Part shown: in pieces, positions 12,423 through 23,303 of the stretch
How the letters are laid out: each line of letters begins with the position of its first letter
How positions within the stretch are numbered: position 1 is the stretch's first letter
Assembly (NCBI GenBank): GCA_001599295.1
Contig: BCGN01000001.1
Location: forward strand, 2,170,001 to 2,234,000
Direction: 5' to 3'
Source of the DNA: Sporopachydermia quercuum
Lineage: Eukaryota
Length of the DNA stretch: 64,000 nt
Notes under the pieces: generated by a model
Databases searched by the model: none
Told to the model about the DNA's origin: nothing
Seen by the model: only the letters and a program-made list of their open reading frames with translations
Translations under genes and position numbers: made by a program

Positions 12423-12893
12423 ATGGAATTTGCTCAGGCAGTATCAAATACTCCAAAGGATCCTAGAACGAGAATACACACTCTACTAACTGATGATTCG
12501 CCAACTTCACTTTCTCCAAGAATTGAGCCCGCAATAAGTGAAATTACAGTTAACGAATCTTTAATCGACACGAATTACACTTATGCTCCTCCAGTTCGAA
12601 GCAAGAAAACGCTGCACATTCTCTCTGAACAAAGAAGAAGAGAGAAAATTAATGATGGGTTCTCAACTCTACGACATGTGGTACCTACAGCAAGAGGTAA
12701 GCAAATGTCTAAAGCTGCTATTCTAAAGCAAGCAGTTGCCTATATTGAAATTTTGGAGCATGAAAATCAAAGATTGAAAGCTAATCTCCAGAAGGTGCAT
12801 ACAATACCATTAAGACCGCCAATACAGCAAAACTTTTTACCTACGCCACCAATGTTTTATCAACCAGTGAGTCATATAACATCTGGGTGGTGA
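12423..12893 (+). CDS. Small bHLH(-zipper) transcription factor
   Basis: HILSEQRRREKINDGFSTLRHVVP...MSKAAILKQAVAYIEILE; H-E-R basic region of the CACGTG-binding class. Confidence 0.9.
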   Translation: MEFAQAVSNTPKDPRTRIHTLLTDDSPTSLSPRIEPAISEITVNESLIDTNYTYAPPVRSKKTLHILSEQRRREKINDGFSTLRHVVPTARGKQMSKAAILKQAVAYIEILEHENQRLKANLQKVHTIPLRPPIQQNFLPTPPMFYQPVSHITSGW

Positions 12894-13760
12894 TATAATG
12901 ACATGACTTGGGTGGTTGGTTCTGGTTTTTAATATCATATAATATAATAGTCATTTTATGTAATTTCCTCTAATGATTCATCAAAAACTTCTTATTTGAT
13001 TTACAAGTTTCTTCCATGNATTTTCCTATTTTTATTGCTTGTATTCCGGATGATAAGAAACAGGTAAACAGTTTGCTTGTTTTTCTGTGAGTTTATTGCA
13101 GCTATAGATACAGATAAATATTAGACCCCAAAAGTGTAGATTTTCAAATGATGGCTCTTGTTAATTTAGCAAAACGAAGTTATAATCATTCCTTCCAGGA
13201 TGTTAGATGTATGTAATATGTAACGCAGGCGATGATCATTACACCAAGAGATAGGCATGCCAGCAACAATGGATAAGGAACAATCAACGAATCAAGTTTA
13301 TGACCCGTAATTGGATATCATATCATTTAAAGTTTGAATTCTGAACATCCACGATAACTATATTATATTNACCATCAAAGACTGTGTCGTTCATTTCAAT
13401 ATTTTGTTATCCTAAAAATTGTGATTCACCAGTAGGAAAAAGAATGTTCGCTTTAAATAAAATTTTATTCCATACATCATTGAATTCCGAAGCTTAAGTT
13501 GACAGCGGGTGCAAAAGTGGGCAGTTTTCCCAATTCAATAATAAGATTTGATCTATATGTTTCCTAAATTCTGGGAAAACTCGAAAACTAAGTTAAAACT
13601 TCCATGTCTTCTATATGCTTAAGAATTGCGGGGCAGTAGTATTTTAAAATTTTGCAGAACCTTGATTATCTTTCTTCGATTTCCCCTTCCATGTGAAGAT
13701 TTCATTTAAACAATTTAGATTTATATTACTTTATTAATGAGTGCACATATAACCGTTTTA

Positions 13761-13806
13761 TCTCTTTGTAATGTTTAATTTTTTCTCTTTGTAATGTTTA
13801 ATTTTT
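13761..13806. repeat. 23-bp direct tandem duplication
   Basis: TCTCTTTGTAATGTTTAATTTTT x2. Confidence 0.8.
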
Positions 13807-15419
13807 TTATTGATCTGGAATCATCATGCTAATGTTCTGACAGTTGAGTTGATGAAAAGGATTACTATAAGCTTTTCCCGTTATCTTTTGATGAGATCAG
13901 GCATATTAGAAAGAGAGGAGTAATCCACGTTTTATAGGTGGAGAGCTCCTCACANCTCAACTTTATCATGTAAGGCGCTCTTAGTTCGGCGTTGTTCAGG
14001 TATCGAGGTATCTATATATTGACGTATTTCGTTTCGTATTAGCCCGTCATTTTCATATCATTTTCATAAGCTCTTTTTTATAGTTATTACGGAGAAATAT
14101 CTTTTTTTGTCTATGTCTATCTAATAATAATGATAATCACGAGAATCAATCTACAGCCAAGATTTGGCATCAAGGGCATAAACCACTTTGAGGAAGTTTC
14201 AGATAATTTGGTAATTTCATATTTTGAAACTCTTAGGTCCCAAGCTAATATTTCAATTACAGTAAAATTATTGTGTATCATTATGATTATGTCCATTATT
14301 TTGCTAATCTAATAAGATCTTGATAGTTTCAATGACTCATTCGTTGTTTGGCAATATATAATAAGCAGCACTTTTAATAGGTGACCACTAAAGGTAGCCG
14401 TAGAATGTAGACAGGTTTCAAAAGGTGTTAATGCTCGCTTTATCATTCCTTCTAGTATCATATATTTTCCACCTATTGATACGTAAGTATCATTAAGATC
14501 AATACATTCTATGGTTGTCAGCCTATTCTTGAAATGTTTTAGTATTATCAGATGGATGAATTTAGTATTCATTGTAGATTTTACTACCATATCATTTTTA
14601 ACAANAGTGAGAACTAATTAGTTTGGGAGATAATTATTCCCCATGGTTTGAACATATACCCGATATCAACGACGGCTGACTGATATAGATGCTTCTTCTT
14701 CTGCAATATTACCGTATATGTCGATTTGTTTGATGCCTCTCTATCCCGTATCATGATGATCAAAGGAAGATTGTGTGCTCGGACATTACATTGTAAACAC
14801 TTAGAGTAAGAAAGACTGACTTTGAGAAAGCAAACGTACTTCCGTTATGATCCTGATAACATCTACAACAGCTCAACTCATATTGCAAAGNCTGTTGCTC
14901 TTTCAAAGATCAGTGAGTGTTTATTGAACAACGTAAGGATTATTTGAGATATGTCGTAATTGCAGCAGTCTTTATAGTTGCGATTTCGCTTGTTTTGCTT
15001 CTGCAGTTGCACAACTATTCATGAGACAGAAACTACATTTGAGCTTGTAAAAGAAATCTCTGATCGCAAACGACTTTCTGTTATGGCTGTTATGCGTGAT
15101 TTGTTAATTTCCATTTAGACGCCTTTGCCATATCTGAATAAAAAGTGTCAAAATCTATTAATAACCAATTAATAAGTAGACGAGTTATATTTCGATGAGG
15201 AGAGATAGTATGTTAGTAGATATTCGTGCAAGCGTTGGCAACTTAACGAAAATGATCATGTCAATGACTGGCGAAACTACTAACAACTCCCTCATAACTA
15301 GTAACTTACCGCATATGATCACAGTAAATGCTCATTTAGTGCATTATTTACAATCGATTCAAAATAGTTTCCCAGAGCCCTCACAAAATCCTACGAATAT
15401 TTCATTTATAGAATATATA

Positions 15420-15452
15420 ATAAATAACAATAAATAAATAAATAAATAAATA
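15420..15452. repeat. (TAAA)n microsatellite downstream of citrate synthase
   Basis: ataaataacaataaataaataaataaataaata. Confidence 0.7.
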
Positions 15453-15597
15453 ACTCATGAAAAATCATATACAACATCATTTAGCATCATGGCAATGATG
15501 CTAAACACAGCATGATGCTTCCGATCAAAAAACCATTAAATTAATAATTGGTTCCTCCACTGAAACATCAAATATCCAGTTGATTATTTACATTTAT

Positions 15598-17611
15598 TTA
15601 CAACTTAGCACCAACAAGCTTGGCATAAGCTTCAGTGGAGAAAGACTTGGGTCTTTCAATTGGAGCACCAACAGCACGGTCAATGATCAATTGAGGTAAG
15701 ACACCAAAAGCTCTGGAAACACCAAACAATACAGTGTAAAAAGTTTCTTCCTTCAATCCGTAGTATTGCAATAAGACACCGGAGTGGGAGTCGACATTTG
15801 GCCAAGGGTTCTTGGTCTTACCGTGCTTTGTGAGAACACCAGGAGCAACTTCGTAAATAGTTGAAACAAGCTTGAATAAATCATAATCAGGCATGTGCTT
15901 GAGAGCAAATTCTCTTTGAGCGGTATATCTAGGATCGGTCTTTCTTAAGACAGCGTGTCCGTAACCAGGAATAACTCTGCCAGCGTTCAAAGTATCCCAC
16001 AAGTATTTCTCGATGGATTCCTTGGTAATGTTATCACCAACGGACTTCTTCATTTCAACAATCCATTCCAAGACTTCTTGGTTGGCTCTTCCGTGTAAAG
16101 GACCAGCCAAACCATTGAGACCAGCAGCAAAGGAAAGGAAAGGTGAGGAAAGAGCTGAACCAACTAAGTGAGTAGTGTGAGCAGAAACATTACCACCTTC
16201 GTGATCAGAGTGAATGGTCAAATACAATCTCATCAACTCTAGGAATTCTTGGTTACCACCGAAACCTAATAAAGTGGCCAAGTTGGCACCGTAATCCAAA
16301 TCCTTATTGATAGGAGCAACTTTGCCATCCTTGAAGACGTTTCTGTAGATCTTAGCAGCAATATTGGGTAACTTGGCCAACAAATCGATAGAATCTTCAT
16401 AAGCATATAACCAGAGTTCCTTCTTGTTGACACCTTTTTCATAAGCCTTGGTAAAAGCAGATTCGGATTCTAAAGCAGTGACAGCAATAGAGAATTGAGC
16501 CATAGGATGAAGAGTAGAAGGAGAACGGTCAATCAATTCTTCCACATGAGCAGGTAAAGCAGATCTAGCGGCAAATTCAGCTGACAAAGCCTTGACTTGG
16601 GATTCGGTTGGAACTTCACCAGTTAATAATAACCAGAATAAACCTTCAGGCAGAGGTTCTTCTCCACCAGGGGCCTTGGGGAGTACCTTTTGGATTTCAG
16701 GAATAGTCTTTCCTCTGAATCTGATACCTTCTTCAGGGTCTAAAACAGAACCTTCCCAGACAAGACCCTTGATACCTCTCATACCACCATAAGCTTGTTC
16801 AAGGAGAACTTCACCGATGACCTTTTTATTTGTCAGTATATGAAATAATATGCAAAATTAACGAATTAATATATGGTGAAAGGATTCTACATCAGGGTTC
16901 ATGCACTAGAGCAAAGTATGCACTAATATGCATACTCAAGGTATATGGTTACCAACGACTTGCATGTCAGTGCAGTGCACCTCAAATTTTCGGCTCTTCC
17001 ACATTGCGCATCAATATGCATCAACATGCATATTAATTGACCAATTAAATAGCCCATTTCAAATCACCCCTGGCTACAAGTAAAAATGATTCCCCGGATT
17101 ATTATTACTGAAGATACAGAAATTGCTACAAATGATCTTCGATTAATTCCGCTCTGACCAATTGACCATTATAATAAACCGATCTATGACAGTAATATCA
17201 CCAGTCATTTTGAATTTTTTCTGCAGCTATGATTTTTCATATAGAGAAAACCTCTCAGTAACCCTTCCTGTAATCCATTGTCAATTTCAACATTGATTCA
17301 AAGGTTTTACATCATACTTACAGTTTTACCGTAGTTCTTCTTCAATTCCTTGATTTGTTCAATCTTTTCAGGTAACAATTCAGCGAATCTTTCCTTCAAG
17401 GTCTATACGGAAAAAATGTTAGTGATCACATTTTAATTTCCCATGCCAAACGTATAAAAAGGCCAGTTGTAGTCTAGTCGATAATACTTACAGGTTCCTT
17501 GGTGGAATAAGCTCTTGCAGCAGGCATCAAGGTAGAAACCTTGAAAGTGCTGGCAGCAAAGTTGCTGGATGCAACCCTGGGGATTCTAGAAGCAGCTCTA
17601 ATAGCAGACAT
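15598..17611 (-). CDS. CIT1: Citrate synthase, 3 exons, N-terminal mitochondrial presequence and C-terminal PTS1 (AKL)
   Basis: Exons 17611-17492 ([16 protein letters not shown]...AYSTKEP), 17402-17322 ([27 protein letters not shown]) and 16821-15598 ([19 protein letters not shown]...). Introns 17491-17403 (GTAAGT/CACTAAC/TAG) and 17321-16822 (GTAAGT/TACTGAC/AAG). Motifs [25 protein letters not shown]. Confidence 0.97.
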
Positions 17612-20600
17612 GATGTATGATGATTATGAGATAAGTATGTGTTGAGTGAACAATAACCTAGCGACTTGAAATCAAATTGGTATTTAATTCCTAGTTGTTG
17701 AATATCAAAAGAAAGAGAAAAAGAAGGGAATAAAAATAAAAACAGAACAGCAGGAAGGTATTATAGAAGAAGAAAGAGGTTCAAGAGCGGATTCCCATCA
17801 ATATTTAAACGTTTGAAACTTCTATGTTGTGTCGCTTGGAGCCAGTTGCCTAATTAGAAGAATCATTGACTGGGTTAGCCTGGTCAAATTGTCATGCGTC
17901 AATTTCCCCAGAGTTTAGTGATCGTATTTCAAAACATGACAATACTGGAATAGAATAGGATTTTTGGAGTCTTTTCTGCTAATTGAATATACTTAACTGT
18001 GCTCGGAATATGAATTGTAAAGGAGAATATAGGTATTTTATCATTAAAAATTTAAGAATGTCTCGCGGTCCTTTCTTGAATTCAACTACTCTTGCTTTAT
18101 GACAAGACGTTGAAGATGTTAGGCAGCTAGGCAAATATGTCTTGTTGTCCCCCTTATCCGAAACTGCCTGAAACTTAGTGTACACACATCCGTATATTTC
18201 CGCAAAGTTACTGTCTGATTGTCAAATAGTTCGGAGTAGGCAATGACGATAATAACGGTTTATGAAGAAATCATCGTGACAATCGATAATTATGGCAACT
18301 AATAGTTCTGATTTTTTAATCGATGCAAGCAAGCAACAGCTTGAAACTCGTCATGTAATTAAGGGGTTGACATTTCTGTTTTACCTTACATCCGGTATGA
18401 AATTAAACAAATGTCAGATATGATTGACAATATATGTATTGAGGATTTCTATACAACTGAATTGACTTGATTGCATTTATTGATTAATTACTGTTGTTTA
18501 TGTGAGAAAAGATTCTGTTTCATAAAATATAATATTACCTAGCGTTAGACAAATATCTCGAAATGTGTTCTATCAACGCAAGACTCTGTATGGTTTGATT
18601 GGAGTATTTAGACAAATAGGTGACACTATGCCTGAGGAGCTCGTCACTTAAACTGGACGATAACCCCCGATTCCACGATAGTTCTAAGATTCAATATTAT
18701 CCTTCTAACATTCAAGAACAAATGAAAACAAACATCTCAATGTTCAACATAAATGAATCTCACTCATCTTCATGGAATAAATAGCAGTGAGTTCCACGAT
18801 CTTCTCATCAACGGACGTTCGGCTTGTAATGTTATCTTGCGTATATTTCACCTTCCTTTAAGATCCCGGCTATGTCAGGATTATGACAAATATCACATGA
18901 TTTGATAAATTGAAATACTCTTGCACATAACAGTCATAGCTATTGATCGATTTGCTGGATGGTCGAAAGCAGTGCTACTTATTGAACGCTGGTATTCTTA
19001 TGTTTCTGAGTTTTTTAGAGTAATTAATGATATATATGGTCGATATTGAAGTAAAATCTATATTATTATTGATAGCTGAAAGATTTATTAGTATTAGAAC
19101 TGAATTCAGGACATTACCCTGACATGACCAATAAATTCTCTCCCCGGATTTTCCAGTATGACAAATTAATTAAGAGAAGTAATCCACTAAAGGAAGGAAA
19201 ACATCAAAAACACAAGAATACGTAAACGGTTATTAAAATTCCAATCACTCTCCCCAGATATTGTATTCCTTGTCAGGACTAGATTCGATTTACTTTCAGT
19301 ACAACAATACTGAACGGTGTGTCAATTATGTCTCGAAATTCAGTATCTGACAAAACATCTAGGCAAGACAATTCACAGGTATCTGCTTCCGAGGATTTCC
19401 AGATTATTAACATTGATTCTACTTCATAAGCACACTAATCCACCTAATCAAATCTTCATATAGAATTGTCTTTATCTTACTTATCTCTATATTCTTTCAT
19501 ACAATTACCTTTCTTTATATGACACCAGTATGAGCAATAGAAACGCAATTAATGCTTCCCGTCATCTCCGTGGGTAGGCAATTAACTTTATTTTCATCAT
19601 TCTGTTTCTGCCTTGCTTTGCCTTACTTTCTTCTTTTAAGAACCAAATGGGGGACGAGGAAATTGTTTGATAAGNCAAATCAGACAGGATTTATTGGTAT
19701 GCCTTTTGTTAGTTTCATATATATTAATGTTGTAAATTCCGGGGTAAAATATATAGCAAATGTAATACGAAAACCAGGATCAACTGATGCGAATGGATTG
19801 CTGTAGGAGGTGGAAGAAGTTAATTGAACGTACACATACTAGAGAAATTCGTTGAACGTCATGTCTACATAGAAGCTACCAAAAAAAAAAATTTCAAGCC
19901 TCAGTTCTGAAGCTAAAAAGAACTGGTTGATAGTAATCGAGACTTTTTTCACAGCTAAACTGTTAGTATCAATCACCACAGATTATTTTCTCAAATTATA
20001 GCATATTAAAGCGTCAGCTGGGAGAGATGATGTGCATTACTACTTCAGTTCTATCACATCTCCCTTACATGTCATCGGCTTCTACATAAATAAGAAGGCT
20101 TTGATATTATGTAAGTCGCAGCAAATCAATTAATCTTCTCTTTACAAAGCTCAATGCGACAATCATAGTATTCGTGAATTTATACATCAATCACAGAAGA
20201 CACCATTATCACCGCTTACAATTGATTTGGAAAATAAAGAAAAAACGGTGTCAGTAAGAAGCTAAACTGTTTTTGCCTAGGCAGTTTCTTTTCTGGATAC
20301 CCCCAATTCGACGAAAAGTTTGAACTTTAAAATCAACTTTAATGTTCTCACAATAACGTTTATCCACCAAATTGAAAGATCAGTATTGTCCGGTGACTAG
20401 ATGATAATAAAGAGATGAAATATGAGTATTTTTGCAGTGATCATCTGATCAAAAGCAGCAGCTTCGATTGAAAAATGATCGAGAGGTATGCAATTACTAA
20501 AAATTGATACGTCACTCTCAGAAAATGCTTCTCAGATATATATTAATACGTATATTTGCGAATACCATTCAACAGTGAAAGCTATCTCTTATAAAGTAGA

Positions 20601-21212
20601 ACATATAAGGTTTCGAGGAACTACACTCTTTGGGCTCGAGGTTTTATTAGAAATGGAAGCCTTCATGTAAACATCTTGAGAACTACCCCTGTTTCTTGAG
20701 TATCAGAGTGCTACTTACCCCTCTTTTTGCATGATCCAGTAAGATCTACCCCTCTGTTAAAGCCCCTATTTAATGTTATTATTTCGATTCAAATGAAATG
20801 AAATGTTCATGTGTGTTATTGTCTTTCCGATATCATCCAGTTTCCCCTGCATGATTTATTCCTAGGGAATTAGTGGGAAGTAGTACCTGAGTCCCTTGAC
20901 TATCCATTTTCTCCATTTATACTCTGTTGTCGCAACAATTACGAATATCTCGTGTATGCTCCCCTTGAAATATCTCCTCTCATTCCCCCTTTCCTTCTGT
21001 CTTATCACATGACCATTGAAAAAGTTTATGGAGGGAGACTCTATGTCTTCTTCGCATGTTTTCTCACCCATTTCACTGATTTTCTATAGTAAGTCAGTCT
21101 TTTCCATATCTATCAATAGCTGTAAAATCGCAGTACATAATCTACATAATAAGGGTAAATTACTATCATCAATCAACTAAATACCGATTTCTTGTTCAAC
21201 TGTATTTTAACA

Positions 21213-22589
21213 ATGGCAAGTCACAAAAATGATGATCCTTATGGATCTGATATCAATGATGACATTGCTCTGTCAAAAGATGATTCAAGTACGTGCAATT
21301 ACGATTCTATTACCAAGACTATGATGATATCCCATAGTCAATGGTTGATTCCCACCTATAATTTGACATGCTATGTCAATGTTCATTTTCGGTTGCCCAA
21401 TTTCGATCTTCCACTATTTTATTTTGTTCCTTTCCTTCTAACAGTAACATAGTCTATGCTGATGTAGATATCCATGAAGAAGGCTCAACTGGGAGCGCTA
21501 CTACTACAAATAATACATATGAACCCTCTGAAACTAATGGCACCAACATAACTGATATTCCAGATACTGGGGTATTGGGTAATGACATTTCGGAAAATAA
21601 GGGCACCGACGAAGGTGACAATGATAGTGAGGAGGAGGANGACGACGACGAAGAAGAAGACAGTGAATCTGTATGTATATTATTACTATGTCTAGGCATA
21701 CCAGACCAAGAATTTTCGGCTAGTCAAAATGACCAGTCCAATTTAACTGTTCGACCCCACTAACACATTTTTGTCCCAGGATATTGAGTTTATTATAGAT
21801 GCTGATCCAGGAACAAAAACTGATACTAGCAAAACGTCAACTACTGTCAAACAGCAACAACAACAGGAATACAACTCCCAAATTCAAGTACCATCTATAG
21901 ATGTGAACAAAGTAGCTGAATACAACGGAGCACCAATAACGGAACTAGACCTAGAAAAACTGGAGGAGAAACCTTGGAGGAAACCAGGAGCTGATATAAC
22001 TGATTACTTCAATTATGGCTTTGATGAGTTCTCGTGGATGATATATGTTAACAAACAAGAAAAATTAAGAGAAGATTTTGATATGGGCAAGATTGTCATG
22101 GATTATATGGCACATATGAGCACATTGACCAGTGAAGTTGCAGGAATGTCAGGAATGCCAGGAATGCCAGGAATGTCTGATCTACAGTATCCACCGGCAG
22201 CTGGAAATGTTGATAACCAACTGCAACAGATGCAACAAATGCAACAAATGCAACAGATGCAACAGATGCAGCAAATGCAGCAGATGCAACAAATGCAACA
22301 AATGCAAATGACCCCTGAAATACAACAGCAAATGATACTACAGTACCGTCAACAGCTAATTCAACAAGGATATGATGCTGCTACTGTTGACTCTATGGTT
22401 GGAGGAATGTTTCCTCAGCAGGATCAGAAATCAATAGGAAACGACTATTCACAGCAACATCAACATCAACAACCACAAGCACAACACCAGCAGCAGCATC
22501 AACAGTGGAATAATGGCTATTACGGAAATTATGATGGAAATAGTGGTGGAAGTGGAGGAAGCGGAAGAGATAGAAGAAACTGGAGATAA
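21213..22589 (+). CDS. FIP1: Pre-mRNA polyadenylation factor Fip1, 3 exons
   Basis: Exons 21213-21288, 21453-21670 and 21780-22589; introns GTACGT...TTCTAAC...TAG and GTATGT...CACTAAC...CAG join in frame. Fip1 motif EKPWRKPGADITDYFNYGFDEFSW. Confidence 0.93.
22224..22310 (+). repeat. Coding 9-bp minisatellite encoding (QQM)9 in Fip1
   Basis: CARCARATG repeated 9 times, then CAAATG. Confidence 0.9.
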
Positions 22590-23303
22590 TGTACTTCGTT
22601 ATGAAAGGTGTAATCAGAATTATCTGTTCAAGAGATTATGGAGAATCTCACGTAGTAGACTAACGTATCATCCATGTTAGCAGAAATAATATGGAAGTGG
22701 GTGAAAATGAGATCAGTGAAGGTGTCCGAGTTAAATAAAATGAGAATGATAGGTGTAATATGATACGAATACACAAAATTTCCACGCTGGGCTCTGCTAA
22801 TGATGGTTTTATAGATTTTGTCTTTCATTTTTTCCATCTCATTCTTTTAGTTGGCGATATTTACGTCTTCAGGGCGAGCATACAAAAGAATAATAATCAC
22901 TGGATACTATGATTTATTGACTATATATGAAATAAATGGTAAGCTAAAATATTCCTTAGGCTCCTTTTAGTCTCTACGATTTCTGACCTGAATTGAATAT
23001 TATGGTATACAACTATATAGGATATCATAGCGCAGCTACAGCTAATTTAGTGAATTCTAGAAACTGTTAAGCTATTAGTGTCACTTTGAGTTAATTAATT
23101 CGGTAGACCGCTAATTAATTAACCGGGAAACTATACGTGATAGCAACTTTATGCACTCATGATTTATAAGATATAACATATTTATTTCAATTAATTAACA
23201 TAATACAATAGAGATTCTACTTCTCATCTTGAACATCATCACAATTGATGTCTTCTGCCTTCAGTTTTCAAATCTCAATCCAAAATCTAAAACTTCAAAT
23301 CTC

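Noticed and set aside
14753..14819. C/D-box snoRNA-like ATGATGA...CTGA
   Set aside because: No convincing rRNA-complementary guide of 10 nt or more that I can recognise; such boxes are common by chance in AT-rich DNA.
14840..15120. Short hydrophobic or protein-like frames between the bHLH gene and CIT1
   Set aside because: Interrupted by stops, with no clear start or splice model and no recognisable family.
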